64,000 nt of DNA, taken from Candidatus Nomurabacteria bacterium (GTDB taxonomy: Bacteria; Patescibacteriota; Minisyncoccia; Phycocordibacterales; UBA9973). The stretch spans positions 334-64,333 of the forward strand of contig JBPOHQ010000002.1 of NCBI GenBank assembly GCA_052035405.1, given 5' to 3'. This document shows, piece by piece, positions 1 to 9,855 of the stretch. The notes beneath the pieces are model-generated. The model saw only the letters and a list, made by a program, of their open reading frames with translations. It was not told where the DNA came from and ran no database searches. Each line of letters opens with the position of its first letter. The stretch's first letter is position 1. The position numbers and the translations under genes were made by a program.

Positions 1-1
1 T

Positions 2-1825
2 CGAAAAGTATTCATTCCATTGTTTAATTTTGATTATTCAAACGGTCTTATTAACGAATTTCAGTCTCAGGGTTACATTGAAGATACAGACCTATTTCTT
101 TTCCCATACGATTGGCGTTATGGAGTCAGTGATGATACAGTCCTAAAATTAAAACAAAAAATCACTGATATTTTGGCTCAAACAGGAGCAGATAAAATAA
201 ATGTCGTGGCTCACAGTACTGGAGGATTGATAGTAAAGAAATATGTAATACAAAATCCCATTGAGCATAAAATAGATAAGGCTATATTTGTAGGAGTCCC
301 AAATACAGGTGCTCCACAAGCAATAAAAAATTTTTTAGAAGGAAGTAATTTTAGTAACCCTTTTTTAGATAAAAAGGAGATGAAAAAGATATCTAAAAAT
401 TTACCTGTAGTATATGACTTATCCCCAAGTCAGCAATATTTTGATGCTAAGGGTAGTTACATAAGGGTGATAGATGATTACATTATAAATAAACATAAAA
501 AAGATTTAAGTTTTGAGGAAGTGAAGAGTTTTTTAATAGGTGATCACAGTCTAAATAACCAGGCTTTAGAAAATTCAACGAATCTTCATACCTTAGAATT
601 TGACAATTATGACTTGAGAGCAAACGGAGTAAATCTTTATTCTATTAATGGATGCAAAGCTGGTACTTTTGGTAAAATTATAGAGAGGCGAGTTCATAAA
701 GCGTTTGGTGTAGAAGTATTTTATGATGATGAACCAGATATGATTCCTGGGGACGGTACTGTACCACTTGAGAGTGCGACTAATCTGCCAATTAATCAAG
801 AAAATAAATATTTTGCCTTAAAAACCGAGCATAGTAAGATGCCCTCAGACAACGGTATACGTCAATTGATTGTAAATATTATATCTGGCAGTAATCTTGA
901 AATAAAAAATATTTCTCAAGATATTTCAAAGTGTAAGTTGAAAGGTCGTGCGATAGCACTCTATAGTCCGGTGTCTATTGATATTACAGATGGAGAGGGT
1001 AATCATTTAGGTTTGTATTCTGATGGAGTTAATATTGAAAATAATATTCCAAATGCTTACTTCGATATAATTAATGAAAGAAAATTTATATATTTACCTA
1101 CCGAAGAAGGGCAGACTTATTTGATTACTCTCAAAGGCACAGGTGAGGGAGTGTTCACCATTACAGATACAAATATAGAGGATAATCAAAAAACGAAGAT
1201 GCAAGTTTTTAAGGATATTAATGTAACAACACTACTGAAAGGCAAGTTGTTTTTTGGGGAAATTACCACTCTTGAATTAGATACAGACAATGATGGTGTA
1301 TATGAAAAAACTATTACTCCAGACTCTGTTTTAGATAGTGTCGAGTTGCAGGACTTCGACCCAACTCATCGTGTTGTTGTAGAACCAGAACCAGAGATGG
1401 AGGTTGAGACTCCTGAGCCTCCAGTTAATGTAAATGAAAATTCTATTGCTCCTAATGCCGGTGCTGTATTGATAAGTAGTGTACCATCCATTGCTGCACC
1501 AATAATATATCAACAAGTAGAAAACTCTAGCCATATTTTAGAAAGTAATTTACAAATAGAAACAATTAATAATAAAGTATTACTTAATAACTACGAAGAA
1601 ACAGCAAATAAACCAGAAGCTATATTAAGCATTTCTACCGAAGAATCTTTAATAAAAGAATCTCAAGACTTACCCGATATTAAATTGAAATCAGAAGTAA
1701 ATAATATAGACTTGGAGGCAAATGCTCTTACGGGTGAACAACATATGAATGTATTATTATTGGTAATTACTCTATTTAGTCTATTAATATTTTTAATTAT
1801 GGTAAAAAAATTCATAAAGAGGTAA
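2..1825 (+). CDS. alpha/beta-hydrolase (LCAT/PGAP1-like lipase) with C-terminal membrane anchor, 5'-truncated by the window edge
   Basis: FPYDWR motif, nucleophile elbow AHSTGG, GDGTVP and catalytic His region; low-complexity linker and hydrophobic C-terminal helix; frame is open back to the window start. Confidence 0.75.
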   Translation, partial: RKVFIPLFNFDYSNGLINEFQSQGYIEDTDLFLFPYDWRYGVSDDTVLKLKQKITDILAQTGADKINVVAHSTGGLIVKKYVIQNPIEHKIDKAIFVGVPNTGAPQAIKNFLEGSNFSNPFLDKKEMKKISKNLPVVYDLSPSQQYFDAKGSYIRVIDDYIINKHKKDLSFEEVKSFLIGDHSLNNQALENSTNLHTLEFDNYDLRANGVNLYSINGCKAGTFGKIIERRVHKAFGVEVFYDDEPDMIPGDGTVPLESATNLPINQENKYFALKTEHSKMPSDNGIRQLIVNIISGSNLEIKNISQDISKCKLKGRAIALYSPVSIDITDGEGNHLGLYSDGVNIENNIPNAYFDIINERKFIYLPTEEGQTYLITLKGTGEGVFTITDTNIEDNQKTKMQVFKDINVTTLLKGKLFFGEITTLELDTDNDGVYEKTITPDSVLDSVELQDFDPTHRVVVEPEPEMEVETPEPPVNVNENSIAPNAGAVLISSVPSIAAPIIYQQVENSSHILESNLQIETINNKVLLNNYEETANKPEAILSISTEESLIKESQDLPDIKLKSEVNNIDLEANALTGEQHMNVLLLVITLFSLLIFLIMVKKFIKR

Positions 1826-1829
1826 AATA

Positions 1830-2186
1830 ATGTGTATGCAAAAATCACAAAAAAAACTACTCTATATTTCTCTGGGAATATTTACTTTAATTGAAATATT
1901 TTTCTCTCCAATCATATCTTTCGTTGCTTTTTTGTTTGGTATTACAGATTTTAAATATCTATATGAATTACTTATAAACTCTCAGTTTTTTTTAGACAAT
2001 CAAGCTTTTTCCTTCGCTATTCTTTTCATTGAGTTTTCGTCAGTGCTAGCAATATTTATTTTGAATTTAAAAGTTAATAGAAGTGTTATGAGAAGTATTA
2101 TTTCCGTAATTTCTGTAATCATACTTTTGCTTATTTTATTTTTTTTGTATCTGGCTTTTAATTTACGCAACGGAGTCGGTTTTTAA
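1830..2186 (+). CDS. small hypothetical membrane protein (~3 TM)
   Basis: 118-aa hydrophobic ORF 4 nt after the lipase stop. Confidence 0.6.
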   Translation: MCMQKSQKKLLYISLGIFTLIEIFFSPIISFVAFLFGITDFKYLYELLINSQFFLDNQAFSFAILFIEFSSVLAIFILNLKVNRSVMRSIISVISVIILLLILFFLYLAFNLRNGVGF

Positions 2187-2348
2187 GATTTAACTTAACA
2201 ATCTTTCTTTTTGTTTAAAAAATATTAAAATTACGAAACAAGAAATTTGGAATAATATACTTATGTCTTCTACTAAATCAGAAACAAAAATAATCCAAGA
2301 ATAAGAAAATTATTTTGATTTAAAGTTTATTTGTATTAAAATACTACT

Positions 2349-3641
2349 ATGTGGCAATGGCTCATGGACATGTTAAGTAGAGTACCTGAAACTTTTTGGT
2401 TGTTGGTAGCTGTTTTAGTTGTTGGCCGTATGGCATGGATTATGTGGGTGCACTACATACAGCAAGACTTTATCTCAGGTATTGACCATGTACTCCTGGA
2501 AATAATTCCCCCTCGTGATGTATTGCGTAGTCCTCGTGCGATGGAGCTTTTTTTTACAAATGCACTTTATCACTGGAGTAATAAAGGTGGTCTTGAAGCA
2601 TACTGGCAAGGTGCAATATGGTTTTGGTATTCTCTTGAAATAGTATCTATTGAGGGACAAGTACACTTTTATATATATACTCCAACTCGTATCAGAGAAT
2701 TAATAGAGACCCAGATGTATGCACAGTATCCTCAGGCTCAGGTGCGAGCGGTTGATGACTATACCTTGGCAGTAGACGAGATTACTCCACAGAGTGAATG
2801 GCAGATGTGGGCTTGTGAATTTAAATTAGAAAAACACCATGCCTATCCTATAAAGACATATATTGATTACGGACTTGATAAAGATCCAAAAGAAGAATTT
2901 AAGATCGATCCTATTTCTCCTGTTATTGAACTTTTTGGTTCCCTTAAAAAGGGAGAGCAAATGTGGTTACAGATAGTAGTACGACCATCAAAGAATGAAT
3001 TCCATAGTCATACTGGAAAAATGGTTAATTGGGTAGATGCTTCAAAAGAAGAACTTGAAAGACTTTTGGAAGAGTATGCGAAGATGAACGTAATTGAAGG
3101 CGAAGAAAAAATAGCCAGAACTCGTCCGCCGTTTGCTATGGAGCCAACAGTTAAAGGTATTACTGAAAAGATGTTGAAGATTGGTTTTGATACAGGTATT
3201 CGTGCAGTGTACGTTGCTAAAAAAGAAGCATGGAGCATGAACAGTCGTCGTAATATTCGTCTTATTTTTCGTCAGTACGCAAAGCCATTATCAAATTCAT
3301 TTGAACGTACAAACTCTGCTCAGGCAGATGCACTCGGAGGAATGTTTCCAGGATGGTTTATGTTGAAACCAGAGACTGTTATGGTATTAAATGATCGTAT
3401 GCTTCATGAGTACAGAGAAAGAGCATTCTTTTACCATCCTATGAGACATCAATTGTTTCATCATTTACCATGGCCGATATCACCATATATTATGCCAGCA
3501 TATTTTCATCCGCACACTTTTGTGTTAAACGTAGAAGAGCTCGCAACAATTTGGCACTTTCCTGGTCAGATTCTTAAAGTCCCTACACTTGAACGTATTG
3601 AAAGTAAAGAAGCTTCTCCTCCTAATAATTTACCGACTTAA
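2349..3641 (+). CDS. conserved CPR membrane-anchored protein resembling the N-terminal partner domain of VirB4/VirD4-like ATPases
   Basis: N-terminal TM; SLEIVS...YAQYP, YPIKTY, LNVEELATIWHFP and PPNNLP motifs recalled from this CPR family. Confidence 0.65.
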   Translation: MWQWLMDMLSRVPETFWLLVAVLVVGRMAWIMWVHYIQQDFISGIDHVLLEIIPPRDVLRSPRAMELFFTNALYHWSNKGGLEAYWQGAIWFWYSLEIVSIEGQVHFYIYTPTRIRELIETQMYAQYPQAQVRAVDDYTLAVDEITPQSEWQMWACEFKLEKHHAYPIKTYIDYGLDKDPKEEFKIDPISPVIELFGSLKKGEQMWLQIVVRPSKNEFHSHTGKMVNWVDASKEELERLLEEYAKMNVIEGEEKIARTRPPFAMEPTVKGITEKMLKIGFDTGIRAVYVAKKEAWSMNSRRNIRLIFRQYAKPLSNSFERTNSAQADALGGMFPGWFMLKPETVMVLNDRMLHEYRERAFFYHPMRHQLFHHLPWPISPYIMPAYFHPHTFVLNVEELATIWHFPGQILKVPTLERIESKEASPPNNLPT

Positions 3642-3646
3642 AATTC

Positions 3647-4612
3647 ATGGATACTACTGAATTAGAAAATCAAACAATACCGGAAATACAGCAAGAACTT
3701 CCTCTAGAAAAACCTAAAAACAAAACTAACAGCTTGATGAAAATGTTAGTTTTGTTTATTTTTTCCATACTAGTTGCTTTAATTTCTGGTTATTTTTTGT
3801 TTGTTCAGGCACCAACGGATTTTAAAATAGGAGAGGTTGTTACAGTTGAAGAGGGAGAGAGTTTAAGAAGTGTATCGCTTCAGTTAAAAGAACAACATTT
3901 TATAAAATCTCGAGTTGCTTTTGAGACATTTGTAATTATATACGGTGGGGAGAAGCATATTATTCCTGGGGACTATTTATTTGAAAAGAAGGCGTCAGTG
4001 GACGAGATAGCTTACAGAATATCAAAAGGGGATAAAAGGCTATCCATGGTTAAGATTACTATCCCAGAGGGATTTAATCATACAGACATAGCAGAGATTT
4101 GTTCACTTAAATTAGAAAACTTTAGTAAATCAAAATTTCTAACACTTGCAAAAGGAACAGAAGGATATCTTTTCCCGGATACGTATTTCTTTTCTGTTAC
4201 AGATAATGAAGAAGATGTTTTTGATTATATGAAAAGAAATTTTGAAAAAAAGACGACCAATATCTTTAAAGAAATAGAAGAGAGGGGGATGAATAAAAAA
4301 GAAATCATTGTTATGGCTTCTATTCTGGAACGAGAGGCAAAAGGTGATGCTGATAGAGAGATTATTTCTGGGATACTTTGGAAAAGATTGAGTATAGGGA
4401 TGGCTCTTCAGGTGGATGCAGCACCGATAACGTATAAAGAGCGAGGGTTACCTGCGAACCCTATCTCAAATCCTGGACTTCTTGCTATCCGTGCTGCTAT
4501 GTATCCAGAAAAGTCAGATTATTTATACTATTTACACAGTGAAGATGGAGAAGTGCATTTTGCAAAAACTTTTGACGAACATAGACAAAATAAGAAAAAG
4601 TACTTAAGATAA
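3647..4612 (+). CDS. mltG: endolytic transglycosylase MltG (YceG family)
   Basis: N-terminal TM, TIPEG, EGYLFPDTY, ASILERE, LQVDA, GLPxxPISNPG. Confidence 0.92.
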   Translation: MDTTELENQTIPEIQQELPLEKPKNKTNSLMKMLVLFIFSILVALISGYFLFVQAPTDFKIGEVVTVEEGESLRSVSLQLKEQHFIKSRVAFETFVIIYGGEKHIIPGDYLFEKKASVDEIAYRISKGDKRLSMVKITIPEGFNHTDIAEICSLKLENFSKSKFLTLAKGTEGYLFPDTYFFSVTDNEEDVFDYMKRNFEKKTTNIFKEIEERGMNKKEIIVMASILEREAKGDADREIISGILWKRLSIGMALQVDAAPITYKERGLPANPISNPGLLAIRAAMYPEKSDYLYYLHSEDGEVHFAKTFDEHRQNKKKYLR

Positions 4613-4618
4613 GTCTAC

Positions 4619-5818
4619 ATGAAGAAAAATAAGAAAGTTGTGTTTGTTGGTATGTCTGGAGGAGTGGATTCCTCAGTATCAGCAGCTCTTTTGCAAAAAG
4701 AGGGGTATGATGTCGTGGGTGTTTTTATTCATACTTGGCATCCTGATTTTATTGAGTGCAACGAAGAAGAAGAGCGTCGTGATGCGATGCGAGTTGCAGC
4801 ACACCTTGATATTCCATTTATTACTTTTGACCTAGAAGAAGAATACAAGAAAGGTGTTGCCGACTATATGATAGAAGAATACAAAAAGGGGCGAACTCCA
4901 AACCCTGATGTGATGTGCAATAAAGAAGTTAAGTTTGGTGCATTTTTGAATAAAGCACTTTCCATGGGAGCGGATTTCGTGGCGACTGGACATTATGCGA
5001 AAAACAGAAATTTAAAAAATTCTTCCGCCTTCGCCCTCGGAGACAAAAAGGCAGGGGACCCACGGCTCCCTAATTTTTTAAATTTCTGTTTAGAAAAAGG
5101 GAAGGATTCTTCAAAAGACCAAGTATATTTCCTTTGGACTTTAAATCAAGAACAACTTTCTAAAATATTATTTCCAATAGGACATTTAAAGAAAACCGAA
5201 GTTCGCAAACTTGCAGAGAAATTTAAATTACCAGTAGCAGAAAAGAAGGACAGCCAGGGTATATGTTTTTTAGGTGATATAGATTTGAAAGATTTTTTGA
5301 AACACTACATACAAGAAAAAGAAGGAAAAGTTTTAAATGAAAAGGGTGAAGAAATAGGATTCCATGATGGAGCTGTTTTTCATACTCTGGGTGAACGCCA
5401 TGGATTTACGATAACTAAAAAAACTCCAAATGATGGAGCGTATTATATAGTGGGCAAAGATATAGAAAAGAATATTTTAATTGTCAGTCAAGACAAAAAT
5501 CGTCTTGCAAAGAGTACGGATATTTTTCTGTTGAAAAATTCCTCGTGCTCGCCTCAGTCAGGACCGCAAGCCTCTTTGCAAGATGGTTTTCGTATATCTT
5601 TAATCAATGTTAATTGGATTTCAGAAATCCCAAAAGAAGATAAAAAATATACAGCTCAGATCCGTTATCATGGGGAACTTTTTCCTTGTAAAATAAAATA
5701 CTTAGGTGCTGCTTCAGAAATACAAATCATTTTTGAAAAACCAGTTTTAGTAGCCCCGGGGCAATCAATTGTTTTATATAACAAAGATATTGTTCTAGGT
5801 GGTGGGGTTGTTAGATAA
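4619..5818 (+). CDS. mnmA: tRNA-specific 2-thiouridylase MnmA carrying two in-frame palindromic inserts
   Basis: SGGVDSS, TPNPDVMCN, ATGHYA, KDQxYFL, DSQGICF, APGQS. Confidence 0.96.
   Translation: MKKNKKVVFVGMSGGVDSSVSAALLQKEGYDVVGVFIHTWHPDFIECNEEEERRDAMRVAAHLDIPFITFDLEEEYKKGVADYMIEEYKKGRTPNPDVMCNKEVKFGAFLNKALSMGADFVATGHYAKNRNLKNSSAFALGDKKAGDPRLPNFLNFCLEKGKDSSKDQVYFLWTLNQEQLSKILFPIGHLKKTEVRKLAEKFKLPVAEKKDSQGICFLGDIDLKDFLKHYIQEKEGKVLNEKGEEIGFHDGAVFHTLGERHGFTITKKTPNDGAYYIVGKDIEKNILIVSQDKNRLAKSTDIFLLKNSSCSPQSGPQASLQDGFRISLINVNWISEIPKEDKKYTAQIRYHGELFPCKIKYLGAASEIQIIFEKPVLVAPGQSIVLYNKDIVLGGGVVR
5002..5091. repeat. 90-bp palindromic element in frame within mnmA (copy 1)
   Basis: Perfect 20-bp terminal inverted repeats AAACAGAAATTTAAAAAATT / AATTTTTTAAATTTCTGTTT around a GC-rich core. 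Confidence 0.85.
5496..5590. repeat. ~95-bp structured palindromic element in frame within mnmA (copy 2)
   Basis: 19-bp inverted repeat AAAATCGTCTTGCAAAGAG / CTCTTTGCAAGATGGTTTT whose two deviations are G-U pairs; inner hairpin ATTTTTC-TGTT-GAAAAAT. Confidence 0.85.
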
Positions 5819-5857
5819 TTCTTGTCTTTTTTATTACTTTTATTATACAATACTCAC

Positions 5858-6328
5858 ATGACTCAATTTTTTACGGAAAATGGCGATATGATACTCAGAC
5901 TCCTTTTGGCTGTGGTTCTCGGTATTGTCATTGGACTTGAGAGACTTTTTGCTCACAAGGAAGCAGGTATGAAGACCCATGCACTCGTTTCTCTCGGAGC
6001 AGCACTTTTTGTAATAATATCTGAAATGTTAGCTATGAAATACGGTACCATGGGGAGCTTTGACCCATCACGTATGGCCTCACAGATTATCGTCGGAATT
6101 GGATTCCTTGGAGCTGGCTCAATCATACTTGAGGGTTCACGTTTGAAAGGACTCACTACTGCTAGTGGATTTTGGGTGACTGCAGGTATCGGCATGGCCG
6201 CTGGTTTTGGACTTTTTAGTTTAGCTATAACGGCGACTGCCTTTGTGCTACTCATATTTGTTGCACTCTATGTTTTAGAAAATTCAATTAGAAAATCCTT
6301 CAAAAATACTCTCGAAGGAAAAGAATAG
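5858..6328 (+). CDS. MgtC/SapB family membrane protein
   Basis: IGLER, AGMKTH, IGFLGAG, GLTTA; ATG at 5858 preferred to the upstream TTG. Confidence 0.9.
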   Translation: MTQFFTENGDMILRLLLAVVLGIVIGLERLFAHKEAGMKTHALVSLGAALFVIISEMLAMKYGTMGSFDPSRMASQIIVGIGFLGAGSIILEGSRLKGLTTASGFWVTAGIGMAAGFGLFSLAITATAFVLLIFVALYVLENSIRKSFKNTLEGKE

Positions 6329-6370
6329 GGAGAAAATTAAAAAAGTTAATTTAAAATTATATATACTACT

Positions 6371-8233
6371 ATGACTACATACGAAGTTAGAAAAAAATTC
6401 TTAGAATATTTTAAGTCTCAAGGTCATGCGGTTATTCCTTCAAGTCCGATAATTCCACAAAATGATCCGACAACGTTATTTACTGGTTCCGGTATGCAAC
6501 CTATGGTGCCATACTTACTCGGACAAACTCACCCTTCAGGAACCCGTATCACAGATAGTCAGATTTGTTTCCGTGCTCAAGATATAGAAGAAGTTGGAGA
6601 CAATCGTCACACCACTTTTTTTGAAATGCTTGGTAATTGGTCACTAGGAGATTTCTTTAAAAATGAACAAATTCCTTGGATGTGGGGATTCTTGACAGAT
6701 AAAAATGTTGGACTTGGTTTATCACCTGAGAGACTTTATTTCACTTGTTTTAAAGGTTCACCTGAAATAGGAATACCCAAAGACACAGAGTCCTCAAAAC
6801 TCTGGCAGGATTTATTTAAAGGTGTTGGTATCGATGCAAAGATTGGAGAGAACCCAGAATTAGACGGCATGAAAGGAGGTGAGAGAATATTTTATTATCC
6901 TGATAAGAAAAATTGGTGGAGCCGTGCAGGGGTTCCAGCAAATATGCCAGTAGGTGAGCCTGGAGGACCAGATACAGAGATGTTCTACGACTTTGATCCA
7001 AGTAATGCTAAAGGTGTTCATGAAAAAAGCGAATGGGCAAGTGAACTGTGTCATGTGAATTGTGATTGTGGTAGGTTCGTAGAAATCGGAAACAATGTTT
7101 TTATGGAATACATTCGTACAGAAAATGGATACGAAAAATTAAAACAACAAAACGTGGACTTCGGTGGAGGGCTTGAGCGTCTCGTGGCTGCTACTAATGA
7201 TGATTCTGACGTGTTTAATATTGACGTGTTTTCTGCACCTAAAAATATGCTAGAAAATCTCTCACATATAAGATATGGAACTGATAAAAAAACTACGTAC
7301 GCAATGCGAGTAATATTAGACCATATACGCGTAGCTACATTTTTAATTGCTGATGGTGTTATTCCTTCAAATAAAGATCAAGGATACTTTACTCGCAGAC
7401 TAATTCGTCGTTCAGTACGGTTCTCTAGAGATCTAGGAATACACAAAAACTTCTGTGCAGATATTGCTTCTGAATATATCAATACCTATAAATCTCACTA
7501 CGACCATTTAGAAAAAAATAAAGAAATAATTGTTAGTGAGTTGTTAGCAGAAGAAGAAAGATTTAGACAGACGCTTGAAGATGGACTTAAATATTTTGAA
7601 CGTGGTGAAGACCCTTTTGTTTTGTATACTACTTACGGTTTTCCTATTGAATTAACTGAAGAGTTGGCAAAAGAAAAGGGAGTTATTATTGATCGTTCAG
7701 ATTTTGACAAAAAAATGGAAGAACACCAGAAACTTTCTCGTGCAGGTGGGGAGCAAAAATTTAAAGGCGGATTGGCAGATACCAGTGAGGCTACGGTCAG
7801 ACTTCATACTGCACATCACTTATTACTTGCAGCACTTCGAGAAGTTTTAGGAGATCATGTTCATCAAAGAGGTAGTAATATTACCGCAGAAAGACTTCGT
7901 ATGGATTTCGCTCATCCTGCGAAAGTTACGCCAGAAGAATTAGAAAAAGCAGAGAAAATGGTCAATAAATGGATTAATGAAAAATTACCAATGACTCGTG
8001 TAGAGATACCTCGAGAAGAAGCTGAAAAAGTAGGAGCTCAAATGGAATTTGGGGCAAAGTATCCAGATGTTGTCTCAGTATATTTTGTAGGGGAAAATCT
8101 CCAAAACGCAGTCTCTAAAGAATTTTGTGGAGGACCACATGTGAAAAATACTAGCGAATTAAGTACATTTAAAATTCTAAAAGAAGAAGCTGTGGCTCAG
8201 GGAGTTAGGAGAATTAAAGCTGTGCTGTCATAA
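6371..8233 (+). CDS. alaS: alanine--tRNA ligase, short form lacking the C-Ala domain
   Basis: HTTFFEMLGNWS, DFGGGLER; editing motifs HTAHH and CGGPHV; ends at GVRRIKA. Confidence 0.96.
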   Translation: MTTYEVRKKFLEYFKSQGHAVIPSSPIIPQNDPTTLFTGSGMQPMVPYLLGQTHPSGTRITDSQICFRAQDIEEVGDNRHTTFFEMLGNWSLGDFFKNEQIPWMWGFLTDKNVGLGLSPERLYFTCFKGSPEIGIPKDTESSKLWQDLFKGVGIDAKIGENPELDGMKGGERIFYYPDKKNWWSRAGVPANMPVGEPGGPDTEMFYDFDPSNAKGVHEKSEWASELCHVNCDCGRFVEIGNNVFMEYIRTENGYEKLKQQNVDFGGGLERLVAATNDDSDVFNIDVFSAPKNMLENLSHIRYGTDKKTTYAMRVILDHIRVATFLIADGVIPSNKDQGYFTRRLIRRSVRFSRDLGIHKNFCADIASEYINTYKSHYDHLEKNKEIIVSELLAEEERFRQTLEDGLKYFERGEDPFVLYTTYGFPIELTEELAKEKGVIIDRSDFDKKMEEHQKLSRAGGEQKFKGGLADTSEATVRLHTAHHLLLAALREVLGDHVHQRGSNITAERLRMDFAHPAKVTPEELEKAEKMVNKWINEKLPMTRVEIPREEAEKVGAQMEFGAKYPDVVSVYFVGENLQNAVSKEFCGGPHVKNTSELSTFKILKEEAVAQGVRRIKAVLS

Positions 8234-8240
8234 TATCTCT

Positions 8241-8609
8241 ATGAGTTTTATTGAAAAAATAAAAAATACATTTTATGTAGATAAGTGGTGGGGTAAAACT
8301 ATTGTTTGGTTTTTAGCTTACGTGCTATTATGGGCTATTTGTTTTGGATCAATACTTTTGGTTCCATATGATTCTCTCGTTACTTTCGCTTCAAGATACA
8401 GAAAAATTGTTCCTTTCTATATTTTTGGTTTTTTTCCTGTGATTAGTTTTCTGATACTATACTTTTTAAATAAAGCACTTTATGTAAAAAAGTTAACATT
8501 ATTTATTGTACATGTTGTAGTGATTGCAGTCTCAATACTTTTATTTTTTATATCAGTCTATAGAATCTCACTTAATCACTCTCTTTTATCTAATTTGCCT
8601 ACTTTCTAA
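8241..8609 (+). CDS. hypothetical membrane protein (~3 TM)
   Basis: 122-aa hydrophobic ORF directly after alaS. Confidence 0.6.
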   Translation: MSFIEKIKNTFYVDKWWGKTIVWFLAYVLLWAICFGSILLVPYDSLVTFASRYRKIVPFYIFGFFPVISFLILYFLNKALYVKKLTLFIVHVVVIAVSILLFFISVYRISLNHSLLSNLPTF

Positions 8610-8666
8610 ATAGATGAAACTAATATTTATTTTGAAAAAAGCATTGGAAGAGAGTATACTACATGT

Positions 8667-9842
8667 ATGGGAATTTTTTCCAAGCCTCAAAAACAAAATG
8701 AGTTAGCACTAGTGCTCGACATAGGTTCTTCTTCTGTTGGTGGGGCGTTGTTTTGGATGCAATCTACAGGTATACCGAAGATTATTTTTGCAATGAGGGA
8801 ACCGATACCACTTGAGGAGGAAATTTCAATCGACAAGCTCATCACTTTAACTGTAAAAACTTTAAATGTAGTAGTAAGTAAAATTTGCATGATGGGATTG
8901 GGTAGACCTTCCCGTATGTATTGCGTGCTCTCTTCTCCGTGGTATGCATCTCAAACAAGAGTGCTTAAACTAGAAAAAAACACACCATTTATTTTTACTG
9001 AAAAACTTGCAGACAGTTTGATCCAAAAAGAAATTGCTCTTTTTAAGGAAGAGTATAAAGAAAAAGACTCTCATCCAGATAATCAAATACGTCCAATTGA
9101 ACTTAAAAACATGAAGACCGTATTGAATGGATATGATACATTGCGTCCTTTAAATCAAAAAGCAAAGGTTCTTGAGATGACTATTTTTGCATCTGTTTCA
9201 CAAGAACAAATTTTGAAAAAAGTAGAAGAAACCATAGAAAGACATTTCCATTCAAGAGAAATTAGATTTTCCTCTTTTGTTATGTCGTCATTTACCGTCG
9301 CTCGAGATATGTTCGTTAATCAAGATAACTTCCTGCTGATTAATATTGGGGGAGAGGTAACCGATATTTCAATGATAAAAAAGGAAATAATACAGGAATC
9401 TGTTTCTTATCCAGCTGGACGTAATTTTATTATTCGTAATGTTGCAAAGGGGCTAGGGGTGAGTCTAGTTGAAGCAAAATCTCTAATTTCTCTATACAAA
9501 GACGGACATATGGCTGATATAACCGAGAAAAAAGCCGAGGAAGTTATCAGTAGTATAAAGACAAGATGGTTAAAAAAATTCCAAGAATCGCTCTCTAATC
9601 TTACAAATGATATTTCAATTCCGGCCACTATTTTTATAACGGTTGATCAAGATTTAGCAGAATTTTTCTCAAACATTATTAAAACAGAAGAGTTTAACCA
9701 GTATACATTAACCGAATCAAAATTTAGACTTATTTTTTTGAGTACAAGTGCACTGCACGGTATAGCTACATTTGAGGAAGATGCAATTCGTGATCCATTT
9801 TTAATAATAGAATCTATTTACATTAATCGTTTCCTTCGTTAA
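8667..9842 (+). CDS. FtsA/actin-like ATPase-fold protein
   Basis: Phosphate-1 motif LDIGSSSV and phosphate-2 motif INIGGEVTDI. Confidence 0.7.
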   Translation: MGIFSKPQKQNELALVLDIGSSSVGGALFWMQSTGIPKIIFAMREPIPLEEEISIDKLITLTVKTLNVVVSKICMMGLGRPSRMYCVLSSPWYASQTRVLKLEKNTPFIFTEKLADSLIQKEIALFKEEYKEKDSHPDNQIRPIELKNMKTVLNGYDTLRPLNQKAKVLEMTIFASVSQEQILKKVEETIERHFHSREIRFSSFVMSSFTVARDMFVNQDNFLLINIGGEVTDISMIKKEIIQESVSYPAGRNFIIRNVAKGLGVSLVEAKSLISLYKDGHMADITEKKAEEVISSIKTRWLKKFQESLSNLTNDISIPATIFITVDQDLAEFFSNIIKTEEFNQYTLTESKFRLIFLSTSALHGIATFEEDAIRDPFLIIESIYINRFLR

Positions 9843-9855
9843 AATATCAACATCT

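Noticed and set aside
5521-5545. Hammerhead ribozyme core in the repeat elements (CTGTTGA / CTGGTGA)
   Set aside because: The invariant A of CUGANGA is missing and the segment forms a simple hairpin loop
5002-5590. Inteins or group I/II introns in mnmA
   Set aside because: About 30 codons is far too short, and there are no intein (Cys...His-Asn) or intron core motifs
6371-8233. alaS as a truncated pseudogene
   Set aside because: It ends cleanly after an intact editing domain; C-Ala-less AlaRS is a known form in reduced genomes
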